From: Alphaproteobacteria bacterium
GTDB taxonomy: Bacteria > Pseudomonadota > Alphaproteobacteria > SP197
DNA length: 64,000 nt
Direction of reading: 5' to 3'
Assembly: GCA_965228895.1 (NCBI GenBank)
Contig: OZ245842.1
Coordinates: forward strand, 5,120,001 to 5,184,000
In this document: positions 1 to 8,946 of the stretch, piece after piece
How positions within the stretch are numbered: the first letter of the stretch is position 1
How the letters are laid out: each line of letters starts with the position of its first letter
The notes under the pieces: generated by a model
The model's input: only the letters and a program-made list of their open reading frames with translations
What the model was told of the DNA's origin: nothing
Database searches by the model: none
Made by a program: the position numbers and the translations under genes

Positions 1-553
1 CGGCGATCTGCATCGCCTCAACCTGATTGGCGATCAGGATGTCGAGTGTTTCCGGCATGATCGGACCAGCCGGCGCGGCGTTCAGAATGACCTGCTTGCC
101 GGCCTGGCGCGCGCGCGCGGCCAGCGTGAAGACTTCCTTTAGCGGCACTTCCATGCTGAGCAGCACCCGGGAGCATGCGCCGATCAAGTCGTCACTCACC
201 GCTGCTGCATTGGCCGCCCCGTTGGCGCCGTAGCAGGCGATGATCTGGTTCTCACCGTCATCGGCGACGGCGACGACAGCGACACCACTCGGCATGTTGA
301 CCGCCGTGATGAACCGGCTGTCGACTCCTTCGGCCGAGACGATCTCCAGGAGATCGTCACCATAGGCGTCGCGTCCGACGCAACCGACCAGCGTCACGTC
401 GCCGCCGGCTCGCGCCGCGGCGACCGCCTGGTTCGCGCTTTTGCCGCCCGGCGCCGTCGTGTAGCTCGGCGTCAACACGGTCTCACCCGGCTTCGGCAGG
501 GTGGGTACCGGGATCACCAGATCCATGTTGAGAGAACCGAAGGCGATGATCAT
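1..553 (-). CDS. rbsK: Ribokinase/PfkB-family sugar kinase (5' part; runs off window start)
   Basis: Not in the ORF track. Manual translation from ATG 553: MIIAFGSLNMDLVIPVPTLPKPGETV...PGGKSANQAVAAARAGG...GCVGRD...DGENQII, i.e. the PfkB signature. GGAG RBS upstream. Confidence 0.85.
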   Translation of the reverse strand, partial: MIIAFGSLNMDLVIPVPTLPKPGETVLTPSYTTAPGGKSANQAVAAARAGGDVTLVGCVGRDAYGDDLLEIVSAEGVDSRFITAVNMPSGVAVVAVADDGENQIIACYGANGAANAAAVSDDLIGACSRVLLSMEVPLKEVFTLAARARQAGKQVILNAAPAGPIMPETLDILIANQVEAMQIA

Positions 554-571
554 GACGCATGCTCCGAAACG

Positions 572-600
572 AAAACGGCGGACCTCTGTGAGATCCGCCG
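572..600 (-). terminator. Intrinsic terminator downstream of gmaS
   Basis: Minus strand reads CGGCGGATCTC-ACA-GAGGTCCGCCG followed by TTTT. Confidence 0.7.
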
Positions 601-649
601 CTTAACTTACGTTAGCCGCGGACCCGTTGGCACGCGGTGAAAAATCCGA

Positions 650-1996
650 TCAGCAGTCCAGTGTCGTGTCGCGCTCCCACTGGGTCAGGTGGTGGGTGTA
701 GTGATTCCAGTCGTTCATCTTGAGCTTGACATAGGCGTCGATCGTCTCGTCACCCAAGGCGCCGCGCAGCATCTTCGACTTATCGGTCAGGCGCAGTGCA
801 TCGAGCAAGTTCAAGGGCAGCTGTTTGACCTTCAGCTTGCGCAACTCTTCGGCGCGCCGGGTCTGGTACATGTTGTTGTCGAGGCGTTTGCCCGGATCGG
901 TCTTGTTGGCGATGCCGTCCAGACCCGCTGCCAACAGCGCGGCCTGACACAGATAGGGATTGGTCGAGCCGTCCATGATGCGGAACTCGAACCGGCCGGG
1001 ATCGGGAATGCGCACCATGTGCGTGCGGTTGTTGCCGGTATAGCTGATCGTGTTCGGCGCCCATGTCGCGCCCGATGTGGTGACCGGCGCGTTGATGCGT
1101 TTGTAACTGTTGACGGTCGGGTTGAAGATCGAGCACAGCTGATCGGCGTGTGCGAGAACACCGCCCAGGAAGTTATAGCCAAGCGCGGAAATGCCGAGTT
1201 CGCCACGCTGCGCGTGGAACAGGTTCTTCTTGCCCGTCTTGTCCCACAGGCTGGCATGGGTGTGGCAGCCATTGCCGGTCAGATGCACGAAAGGTTTCGG
1301 CATGAAGGTCGCGCGCAGGCCGTGGTTCTCGGCGATCGACTTCACCATGAACTTGAAGAAGACATGGCGGTCGGCGGTGACCATGACGTCGTCGTAGTCC
1401 CAGTTCATTTCGAACTGGCCATTGGCGTCTTCGTGGTCGTTCTGGTAGGGGCCCCAGCCGAGCTCCAGCATGGCGTCGCAGATTTCGCTGACGACGTCAT
1501 AGCGACGCATCAACGCTTGCTGGTCGTAACAAGGCTTTGCCATCGTGTCGGCGGGATCGGAAATGTCGGAGCCGTCGGCGCTGATCAAATGGTACTCGCA
1601 TTCGACGCCGGTCTTCAGCCGATAACCTTTCTTGGCGGCGGCATCGATCTGGCGCTGCAACACATTGCGCGGACCGTGATCGACCGACTTGCCGTCCATC
1701 TGGATGTTCGCGGCCAGCCAGCCGACTTCCGGCTTCCAAGGCAACTGGATCAAGCTCGACACGTCAGGCACAGCGAACATGTCGCTGTCGGCCGGCGACA
1801 TATCGAGGTTGGTGGCGAAACCGGCAAAGCCAGCGCCATCGGCGACCATGCCGTCGATCGCGGCGGCCGGCACCAGCTTGGACCGGGAGACACCGAACAG
1901 GTCGGTGAAGCTGATCAGGAAGTACTTGATGCCTTTCGACCTGGCGACTTGCGAAAGTTTTTTCTGTGCTGCGATTCTCTGTGCGGCGGATGCCAT
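650..1996 (-). CDS. gmaS: Gamma-glutamylmethylamide synthetase (GlnT-like glutamine synthetase family)
   Basis: GS motifs (GVECEY, YQNDHEDANGQFEMN, ATFMPKPF, GNGCH, NSYKR, GNNRT, RFEFR); directly downstream of mgsABC. Confidence 0.9.
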   Translation of the reverse strand: MASAAQRIAAQKKLSQVARSKGIKYFLISFTDLFGVSRSKLVPAAAIDGMVADGAGFAGFATNLDMSPADSDMFAVPDVSSLIQLPWKPEVGWLAANIQMDGKSVDHGPRNVLQRQIDAAAKKGYRLKTGVECEYHLISADGSDISDPADTMAKPCYDQQALMRRYDVVSEICDAMLELGWGPYQNDHEDANGQFEMNWDYDDVMVTADRHVFFKFMVKSIAENHGLRATFMPKPFVHLTGNGCHTHASLWDKTGKKNLFHAQRGELGISALGYNFLGGVLAHADQLCSIFNPTVNSYKRINAPVTTSGATWAPNTISYTGNNRTHMVRIPDPGRFEFRIMDGSTNPYLCQAALLAAGLDGIANKTDPGKRLDNNMYQTRRAEELRKLKVKQLPLNLLDALRLTDKSKMLRGALGDETIDAYVKLKMNDWNHYTHHLTQWERDTTLDC

Positions 1997-2069
1997 GGTT
2001 GCCCCCTTCGTTAAACGTCGTTGTTTGTTGCGCCGAAACTTAGCGCGCGGCGGCGGTTGCCCGCCAGTG

Positions 2070-3386
2070 TCAGGTACGTCCGGGAATCCAGTTCGTGCCG
2101 GCCAGCGGAATGCCCGCCATGGCGGCTGCCTCGACGGTCAGCGCGACCATGTCTTCGGGTTCCAGGTTGTTGACGTGATCCTTGCCGCAGGCACGCGCCA
2201 GGGTCTGCACCTCCATCACCATGGTGGTCAGGTAATTCTGCAGCCAGCGTGCGCCCTGTTCGGGAACCAGGCGACTTTCCAGCTCCGGATCCTGGGTCGT
2301 CACGCCGACGGGACAGCGGCCGGTATGGCAGTGATGGCAGAAGCCGGGCTGGGTGCCGAGCGCGTGATAGTCGTCGCGGTAGACCGGCTTGTTGCAGCCC
2401 AGCGCCATCAGCGCGGCCATGCCGATCGAGACGGCGTCCGCACCCATCGCCAGAGCCTTCGCCGCATCGGCGCCGGTGCGGATACCGCCGGAGACGATCA
2501 GCTGCACCTTTCTGTGCATGTCCAGTTCCTGCAGCGCTTCGACGGCGGCACGCACCGCCGGCAAGGTCGGGATGCCGACATGCTCGATAAAGACATCCTG
2601 GGTCGCTGCCGTGCCGCCCTGCATGCCGTCCAAGACAATAGCGTCGGCGCCAGCCTTGACGCAGAGTGCGATATCGAAGGCGACGCGGGTTGCGCCGATT
2701 TTGATATAGATCGGCTTTTCCCAATCGGTGATCTCGCGCAGCTCCTGGATCTTGATCGTCAAGTCGTCGGGGCCGGTCCAGTCGGGATGGCGGCAGGCGC
2801 TCCTCTGGTCGATGCCTTCGGGCAGGGTGCGCATGCCAGCGACCCGCTCGTTGATCTTTTGGCCCAGCAGCATGCCGCCGCCGCCGGGCTTGGCACCCTG
2901 ACCGACGACAACTTCGATGGCGTCCGCCTTCCTGAGATCATCGGGGTTCATGCCATAACGCGACGGCAGGAGCTGATAGACGAGCGTCTTCGACGAACCG
3001 CGTTCTTCCTGCGTCATGCCGCCGTCACCGGTGGTCGTCGACGTGCCCATGGCGGTGGCCGCCGTGCCCAGCGCCTCTTTGGCGTGGGCGCCGAGCGCGC
3101 CGAAACTCATGCCGGCGATGGTGATCGGGATCTTCAGTTCGATCGGATTTTTGGCGAAGCGGGTGCCGATGGTGACGTTCGTCGCGCAAGCCTCGCGGTA
3201 ACCTTCCAAGGGATAGCGGCTTGTCGAGGCGCCGAGGAAGACCAGATCATCGAATGTCGGCAGCGCGCGTTTGGCGCCGCTGCCGCGAATCGAGTAGAGG
3301 CCCTGGTCGGCTTGGCGCTGGATCTCTGCGATGACTTCCGGCGGGAAGGTCGCGGACGGAATCTGTTGGCGCGGATCGACGGACAT
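2070..3386 (-). CDS. mgsC: N-methylglutamate synthase subunit C (FMN glutamate-synthase-like)
   Basis: IAGMSFGAL, TTTGDGG, GQGAKPGGGG, SACRHPDWTGPDDL, CHHCHTGRCPVG Fe-S motif. Confidence 0.9.
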   Translation of the reverse strand: MSVDPRQQIPSATFPPEVIAEIQRQADQGLYSIRGSGAKRALPTFDDLVFLGASTSRYPLEGYREACATNVTIGTRFAKNPIELKIPITIAGMSFGALGAHAKEALGTAATAMGTSTTTGDGGMTQEERGSSKTLVYQLLPSRYGMNPDDLRKADAIEVVVGQGAKPGGGGMLLGQKINERVAGMRTLPEGIDQRSACRHPDWTGPDDLTIKIQELREITDWEKPIYIKIGATRVAFDIALCVKAGADAIVLDGMQGGTAATQDVFIEHVGIPTLPAVRAAVEALQELDMHRKVQLIVSGGIRTGADAAKALAMGADAVSIGMAALMALGCNKPVYRDDYHALGTQPGFCHHCHTGRCPVGVTTQDPELESRLVPEQGARWLQNYLTTMVMEVQTLARACGKDHVNNLEPEDMVALTVEAAAMAGIPLAGTNWIPGRT

Positions 3387-3400
3387 GACGATGGCCTTTC

Positions 3401-4084
3401 TTAGTAAGCGTCGGCGTGGTCGACGTTGAAGTTGTAAAGCTTGCGGGCTGAGCCATAGCGCCGGAAGTCGGCGGGGTCGGCGTCGACGCCGGCTTGGTCA
3501 AGCAGGTCTTTCAGTGCGGCCCGGTGCTCGTCGGTCATTTCCTTTTCGATGCAGTCGGCGCCCAGGCTCGCGACCTCGCCCTTTACGAAGAGACGGGCCT
3601 CATAGATCGAGTCGCCAAGATTCTCACCGACATCGCCGCACACGACGAGGTTGCCGGCCTGGGCCATGAAGGCGCCGAAATGGCCGATCGACCCGGCGAC
3701 GACGATATCGATGCCTTTCATCGAAATGCCGCAGCGGTGTCCGGCATCGCCTTCGATGACCAGGAGTCCGCCATGGCCGGTCGCGCCGGCCGCCTGGCTC
3801 GCATTGCCGGTGACGCGCACGGTGCCCGACATCATGTTTTCAGCGATGCCCCAGCCTGTGTGGCCATTGACGGTGACGTTCGCGGTCTTGTTCATGCCGG
3901 CGCAGTAATAGCCGACATGGCCGTTGATGGTGACGTCGAGCTCGCCGTCGAGGCCCGCGGCGATCGCATGTGCGCCATCCGGGTTGTCGATGGTCCAGCT
4001 CGTATCGTTGGTGTCGGCGGGCAGCGCGTGCAGCGCCTGATTCAGGTCCCGCACGCTGGAGGCCGCGAGGTCGACCCCGCTCAT
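3401..4084 (-). CDS. mgsB: N-methylglutamate synthase subunit B (GltB/FmdC GXGXG domain)
   Basis: GHVGYYCAGMN, ENMMSG, CGISMKG, GDSIYEA, YGSARKLYNF; overlaps the mgsA stop. Confidence 0.9.
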   Translation of the reverse strand: MSGVDLAASSVRDLNQALHALPADTNDTSWTIDNPDGAHAIAAGLDGELDVTINGHVGYYCAGMNKTANVTVNGHTGWGIAENMMSGTVRVTGNASQAAGATGHGGLLVIEGDAGHRCGISMKGIDIVVAGSIGHFGAFMAQAGNLVVCGDVGENLGDSIYEARLFVKGEVASLGADCIEKEMTDEHRAALKDLLDQAGVDADPADFRRYGSARKLYNFNVDHADAY

Positions 4085-4992
4085 GCCTGGCCCTCCAGGC
4101 TCCAGGTATAGAGCGTCGCCGGCGCGGGCTCCCAGATCGAGGCGTCCTTGACGCCGGGCAGATGCGCGATGGAACGGAACTCCGACGCCATCGCGACCCA
4201 GTCGTCGGTCTCGGCGAGCACCGCCGGCTTGCAGCTGATGGGGTCGCGCAAGACCGCGAAACCGTCGCGGGTGCCCAGGCAGAACGTATAGAAACCATCG
4301 AGGTCCTTCAGCCCGGCCTCGAGCGCCTCGTCCAGCGTGGCGCCTTCACCCATGCGAAACGCAAAGTAGCGCGCGGCGACTTCGGTATCGTTGTCGGTTT
4401 CGAACTCCATGCCGCGACGCTCAAGCCATTCGCGCATGCGGTTGGGGCTCGCCAGCGAGCCGTTGTGCACCAGGCAGATATCCGACGCCGCGGTGAAGGG
4501 GTGGCTGTGCTCCGTGGTGACGGCACTCTCGGTCGCCATGCGGGTATGGCCGATGCCGTGGGTGCCGGTCATCTCGCGCACGCCGAACTTGTCCGCGACA
4601 TCGGACGGCAAGCCCATGTCCTTGTAGACCTCCATGGTGTGGCCATAACCCATGACGCGCACCTCCGGGTGCGCCTGCTTGAGCCAGGCACGCGCCGCCG
4701 TCTCGTCGCCGCCGGAAATGACGACGACGGCGTGGTTGTTCTTGATCACCACGTCTGTCTCGGCTTCCAGCGCCTGGGCCAGATCGCCGCCCAGCTCGCG
4801 CCAGGCATAGTCCATGTCGGGATGGAACAAGGTGAGCTTCGCTGAGTCGTCGTCGCGACCGTGGTGATAGACGGCGATACCCGCGCTATCGGGGCCGCGT
4901 TCGGTCATGCCGATCAGCATGGTGGTCAAATGGTCGCCCAATTTTGGCGACAACTCAGGATTTTTGATGAAAAGACCGACAATTCCGCACAT
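4081..4992 (-). CDS. mgsA: N-methylglutamate synthase subunit A (class II glutamine amidotransferase)
   Basis: N-terminal MCGIVG, RGPDSAG, GHTRMATES, VHNGSL, NDTE. Confidence 0.9.
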   Translation of the reverse strand: MCGIVGLFIKNPELSPKLGDHLTTMLIGMTERGPDSAGIAVYHHGRDDDSAKLTLFHPDMDYAWRELGGDLAQALEAETDVVIKNNHAVVVISGGDETAARAWLKQAHPEVRVMGYGHTMEVYKDMGLPSDVADKFGVREMTGTHGIGHTRMATESAVTTEHSHPFTAASDICLVHNGSLASPNRMREWLERRGMEFETDNDTEVAARYFAFRMGEGATLDEALEAGLKDLDGFYTFCLGTRDGFAVLRDPISCKPAVLAETDDWVAMASEFRSIAHLPGVKDASIWEPAPATLYTWSLEGQA

Positions 4993-5028
4993 AACGGGGG
5001 TCTCCGGCTGAATTTATGGAGTCGCCGG

Positions 5029-5088
5029 AACGTAGGCAGTTTCCCATCCAAAATCAATGGGGGTTAACGCAGTTTCCCCTGGGGAAAC
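5029..5088 (-). promoter_or_regulatory. Putative sigma70 promoter of mgsABC-gmaS with upstream palindromic operator
   Basis: Minus strand TTGATT(5057-5052)-17 bp-TACGTT(5034-5029); perfect inverted repeat GTTTCCCC-T-GGGGAAAC at 5072-5088. Confidence 0.55.
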
Positions 5089-5114
5089 AAGCTGTTGGCT
5101 GTCTCCCGCGTGAT

Positions 5115-6041
5115 CTACACCGGCCGTTCGCCTTCGATGATGACCCGGCGCATGACGCGGCGCTGGCCGGGATAGTCGTTGTGGGCGTAATGCATGGCGC
5201 AGCGGTTGTCCCACATGGTGAGCGTGCCCGGCTGCCAGTGAACCCGGCAGGTGAACTCCGGCAGAATGGCTTGGGCCCACAGGTAACGCAGCAGCGGCAG
5301 GCTTTCTTCCTGGGTCATGCCGGCAAAGCGCGCGGCATAGGAATCGCAGACATAGAGCGCCTTGCGCCCGGTATCCGGATGGGTACGGGCAACCGGATGC
5401 TCGAACTCGTCGTCGTGCTTGGCGTTGCCACCAATGCCGGTGGGCGTCGACGTCTGGCCCTTAAATTCGGTCTGGCCCACGGGCGAATCGGCGCCATAGG
5501 AAAGCGCCGTCGAATGCATCGCCGACATCGGCTCCAGCAGGCGGCGCATGCCATCGGATAGCATCTCCCAGGCGAGATACTGGTTGGCGAACGACGTATC
5601 GCCACCGGTCTCGGGCGCCACCGCGCAATAGGTCATCGTGATCTTGGGCGGCCGTTCGAAGTTCGGCGAGTCGGAATGCCAGGAACCGCCGAAGTTGAAG
5701 ACGTCGGTGGGTTCGGAGATGAGCTCGGTCACCTCCGGATGATCGGCCATCGTCTTGGCGAACGGGTAGTCCATGAGCGGCCCGAAACGCCGGGCAAAGG
5801 CAACCTGCGCATTCGGCTCCAGGTTCTGATCGGGGAAGGTCAGCACCAGGTGATCGATCAGCGCGCGGTGAATCTCGGCAAAGCCGGCTTCATCCAGATC
5901 AGTCAGGTCGATACCCTCGACACGTGCGCCAAGCGCGCCGGAAAGTGGCGTCACCGCGATCCGATCGTAGTCGCCGGGATGTTGTTGCGGGTGATGGAGC
6001 GCGGCGCGCTGCATCTCATAGGTCTGTTGGTAACCGGGCAT
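5115..6041 (-). CDS. TauD/TfdA-family Fe(II)/2-oxoglutarate dioxygenase
   Basis: PLSGALGARVEGIDL, WHSD (HxD), GGDTSFAN, HPVARTHPDTGRKAL, WDNRCAMH...RRVMRR. Start moved to ATG 6041 (GGAGG RBS). Confidence 0.88.
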   Translation of the reverse strand: MPGYQQTYEMQRAALHHPQQHPGDYDRIAVTPLSGALGARVEGIDLTDLDEAGFAEIHRALIDHLVLTFPDQNLEPNAQVAFARRFGPLMDYPFAKTMADHPEVTELISEPTDVFNFGGSWHSDSPNFERPPKITMTYCAVAPETGGDTSFANQYLAWEMLSDGMRRLLEPMSAMHSTALSYGADSPVGQTEFKGQTSTPTGIGGNAKHDDEFEHPVARTHPDTGRKALYVCDSYAARFAGMTQEESLPLLRYLWAQAILPEFTCRVHWQPGTLTMWDNRCAMHYAHNDYPGQRRVMRRVIIEGERPV

Positions 6042-6121
6042 GGTGCACCTCCCGAAAACCTCGTCCGACGAATGCTGATCCGGCAGGGCCGGCTTGTCAT
6101 GCGGATTCGTTCGAGACCATC

Positions 6122-6150
6122 TTGACAAAAGTTGAACGATTGTCCAGCTT
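6122..6150 (+). promoter_or_regulatory. Putative sigma70 promoter of the second dioxygenase
   Basis: TTGACA-17 bp-CAGCTT, about 30 bp before the GGAGG/ATG. Confidence 0.45.
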
Positions 6151-6181
6151 TTGTTGTGTTGTTCGATCCGGAGGCTCCACC

Positions 6182-7012
6182 ATGACCATCGATGCCGCGA
6201 CCCTGATACGCCGCGATCTCTATCCCCTGGACGAGGCGGGAAATCCGAGGTGCGGCGCGATTGCCGCGCGCGCCAAGGCAGATCTGGATCGTGATCAGGT
6301 CTGCGTGCTCGAAGACTTCATTACCGATGCCGCGCGCCAGCAGATGATCGCCGATGTCATGGCGATCTTGCCTGAGGCCTTCACTAACCGGTCGCACCGC
6401 ACCTGTTTCTTGAACCAGCAGCCGGATCCCGAGTTACCGGCGGACCATCCGAAAAACATCTTCTTCGACGCCAGCTATCGCATGATGGCCTATGACCTGT
6501 TCGATCCCGATGGCGCACTGCCGGCCTTCTACCGGTGGGAGCCCTTGCGCCGCTTCGTCGCCGCTGTACTGGGCGAAGACAAACTCTATCTCAACGCCGA
6601 TCCCTACCAGCCCGCCAACGTGCTGTGCTACGGCGACGGCGACCGCTCGACCTGGCATTTCGACCGGGGCAACGAGTTCACGGTGACGTTGATGCTGCAG
6701 GAGCCGGTCGCCGGCGGCATCTTCGAGATCGCGCCGGAGATCCTGGAACGCCAAGACGATGACATCGTCGACATGGCACCGTTGGCGGCGGTCTTGAACG
6801 GTGACAAGACCAACGTCATCTCCGTGCCGCGCGCGCCGGGCTCGCTTGTCATCTTCCGCGGCGACCGCTCCTTGCATCGGGTCTCGCCGATCGAGGGCGA
6901 CCGTCTGCGGCTGATGGCCGTGCTGGTCTACGAGAAAGAGCCAGGCGTCATGGGCCGTCCCGAGGTGAACGCCACCGTCTACGGCCCCCGTGTGGTCGCC
7001 GGCGCGGCTTAA
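6182..7012 (+). CDS. Fe(II)/2OG oxygenase, BesD/HalD-like fold, hydroxylase-type HxD triad
   Basis: TWHFD...FTVTLMLQEP..GGIFE...PGSLVIFRG..SLHRVSP...RL; GGAGG RBS before ATG 6182. Confidence 0.75.
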   Translation: MTIDAATLIRRDLYPLDEAGNPRCGAIAARAKADLDRDQVCVLEDFITDAARQQMIADVMAILPEAFTNRSHRTCFLNQQPDPELPADHPKNIFFDASYRMMAYDLFDPDGALPAFYRWEPLRRFVAAVLGEDKLYLNADPYQPANVLCYGDGDRSTWHFDRGNEFTVTLMLQEPVAGGIFEIAPEILERQDDDIVDMAPLAAVLNGDKTNVISVPRAPGSLVIFRGDRSLHRVSPIEGDRLRLMAVLVYEKEPGVMGRPEVNATVYGPRVVAGAA

Positions 7013-7102
7013 CCAGGTCAGGGCGTTCTAACGCATCGACGCCGGCGCGCCGGTCTGACAAAGTGTCGTTCGGCTTCGCTCAAGGCGTGCAGGAGGCATG
7101 GC

Positions 7103-7477
7103 GTGAGACGGTCTCGTATGAGGATTGGCGCGACGTGGTTGGCGGCCCTGACGTTGTCTCTTGCCGCTACGGCCTGTGATGCCGAGTCCGATGAGGCATC
7201 CTATCTGGGAACGTGGGATCCCGTCATGCTGACGCCACAGGGCGAGTTGACCGTCATACCGAATGGCGGCATCAGCTTCCGCGAAAACCAAGTCTGTTTC
7301 GTCCGATTTAGCGAGGAGTGCTACGACGCGAGCTATGCGCCGTACGCCGACACCATCGCTGTCGAAATGAACGCCGATCCCACGTACTACCTGCTCTACA
7401 TTCCCTTCGACGGCTACCTCGTCGTGCGGGAGATGAGCGACCGGCCAATCCTCTATGTCCGGCGCGACTCCGACTAG
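7103..7477 (+). CDS. Hypothetical lipoprotein
   Basis: AGGAGG 6 nt before GTG; basic N-terminus, hydrophobic stretch, lipobox-like LAATAC. Confidence 0.6.
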   Translation: MRRSRMRIGATWLAALTLSLAATACDAESDEASYLGTWDPVMLTPQGELTVIPNGGISFRENQVCFVRFSEECYDASYAPYADTIAVEMNADPTYYLLYIPFDGYLVVREMSDRPILYVRRDSD

Positions 7478-7490
7478 GGCTCAGGGCGCG

Positions 7491-8126
7491 CTACGCGCCT
7501 TCGCGCGAATAGACGATTATGGAGAGGAAACGGATGGGCAGGTCGTGCAGGTTCTCCGGTCCGTGGGGCGCGTCGGCATCGAAGAACAGGCTGTCGCCGG
7601 GCTCCATGGCGAAGGTCTGGCCGCCGTGGTGATAGTCCATGCGGCCTTCGACCAGGAACAGGAACTCCTGGCCGTCGTGCTGGAACAGCGGGAACACCTC
7701 GGAATGGTGACTTAGCGTGATCATGTAGGGCTCGACGGCCACCGCCTTGTTAACCGAATGCCCCAGCAGGGAATACTGGTGGCCTGCGCGGGTGCCGCGC
7801 CGCTCGATCTTCAGGCCGTCGCCGGCTTTGACGAAGGTCGCGTCGCGCTGTTCGTCAAAGCGTTGGAAGAGCGCCGTAAACGGAACATTCAGCGCGCGCG
7901 ATAGCGATTTGAGCGTGGTCAACGATGGCGAGGTCAGGCCGTTTTCGATTTTCGACAACATGCCGGTGCTCAAGCCCGCGAGCGACGCCAACTCGTTGAC
8001 GGTCATGCCCAGCTTCTTGCGAAGCGAGCGCACCTGATGGCCGATCGCGGCCTCCAGATTACGTTCGTCGGGCAGGGATCCGTGGGGATCCTGGACCAGT
8101 TGATTGCTTACCTTGTTCATGACCAT
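7491..8126 (-). CDS. XRE-family HTH + cupin transcriptional regulator of the NMG cluster
   Basis: IGHQVRSLRKKLGMTVNELASLAGLSTGMLSKIENGLTSPS HTH; cupin FQHDGQEF...GDSLFFDADAPHG. Confidence 0.88.
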   Translation of the reverse strand: MVMNKVSNQLVQDPHGSLPDERNLEAAIGHQVRSLRKKLGMTVNELASLAGLSTGMLSKIENGLTSPSLTTLKSLSRALNVPFTALFQRFDEQRDATFVKAGDGLKIERRGTRAGHQYSLLGHSVNKAVAVEPYMITLSHHSEVFPLFQHDGQEFLFLVEGRMDYHHGGQTFAMEPGDSLFFDADAPHGPENLHDLPIRFLSIIVYSREGA

Positions 8127-8161
8127 CTCCGGCGGCGCAGGAAGAATTTTGCTTCCCCGAC

Positions 8162-8176
8162 TTTCCTACGCGGAAA
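8162..8176. promoter_or_regulatory. Palindromic operator upstream of the XRE-cupin gene
   Basis: TTTCC-TACGC-GGAAA, same TTTCC-N5-GGAAA pattern as 5073-5087. Confidence 0.5.
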
Positions 8177-8235
8177 TTGGGCATTGGATCAATTGAGGTC
8201 ATGAATTTGATTGGGATGGCGCTTCGGCGCGGCGA

Positions 8236-8943
8236 TCAGGCCGACTGGGCAAGGCCGCGCAAGGCGGATAGACCAACGGGGCGACCCTCGAACTCAGCCA
8301 TGGCGTCGGTCAGACATTCCCACATGTAAACGCCCGATGCCGAATCGGCGACCATCAGGAGGCTATAGGTGGCGCCGAGGTCATGGCGGACCAGGATCGC
8401 GTTCATGCGCGCAACGCTTGTTTGGGCGATGGTGCCGTCGACAAAACGATGCGGCCTCAAATCGATACCGCACATCTTGGCCATCATCTCGGGGATGTGG
8501 CGGCCGGTGAGCGCCAGGCAGAAATTCGTATCGGCGCGTGGCACCGGGAAACACACGGCGTCCGGCATGGACCAGACGCCGGCCAGGCGATCGATGGTGT
8601 CGCTGGCGCCGTCGAGACCGGCCAGCATCAGCAGTTCGCCGGCGGACAGACGGCACGCGATCGACCCGTCGGCCTGAACCGTCGCCGTGTTCGGTTCACC
8701 CAGGCTGACGCCCTGGGCCATAGCCCAGCTCGCCATGTCCCAGCCCTTGTATCCGGCGCGCGGCAGGGCGGTGAGGTCGGTGATGCCAAGATTGGCCGCC
8801 GCACTCACCTCGCCGTCACCGCCGAAGGACATGGGGCACGCGAAACCGTTGACCTCCTCGTACTGGGCACCGAGCGAATCGAGCACGCGGTAGAGGTTGG
8901 AGCGGCGGACCAGGTCGGTCGGTTTGAGCGCGGCATCGGCCAT
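8236..8943 (-). CDS. mgdD: N-methylglutamate dehydrogenase gamma subunit (SoxG-like)
   Basis: GcvT/SoxG-like: DLTALPRAGYKG, KMCGIDL, IAQTSVA; last gene of the beta-delta-alpha-gamma operon. Confidence 0.8.
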   Translation of the reverse strand: MADAALKPTDLVRRSNLYRVLDSLGAQYEEVNGFACPMSFGGDGEVSAAANLGITDLTALPRAGYKGWDMASWAMAQGVSLGEPNTATVQADGSIACRLSAGELLMLAGLDGASDTIDRLAGVWSMPDAVCFPVPRADTNFCLALTGRHIPEMMAKMCGIDLRPHRFVDGTIAQTSVARMNAILVRHDLGATYSLLMVADSASGVYMWECLTDAMAEFEGRPVGLSALRGLAQSA

Positions 8944-8946
8944 GAT

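Noticed and set aside
689-3404. Long plus-strand ORFs 689-2014 and 1689-3404
   Set aside because: Antisense shadows of gmaS/mgsC, typical of high-GC DNA; no motifs or RBS.
6182-7012. Possible BesD-type radical halogenase
   Set aside because: Retains HxD (HFD); halogenases have HxG/A.
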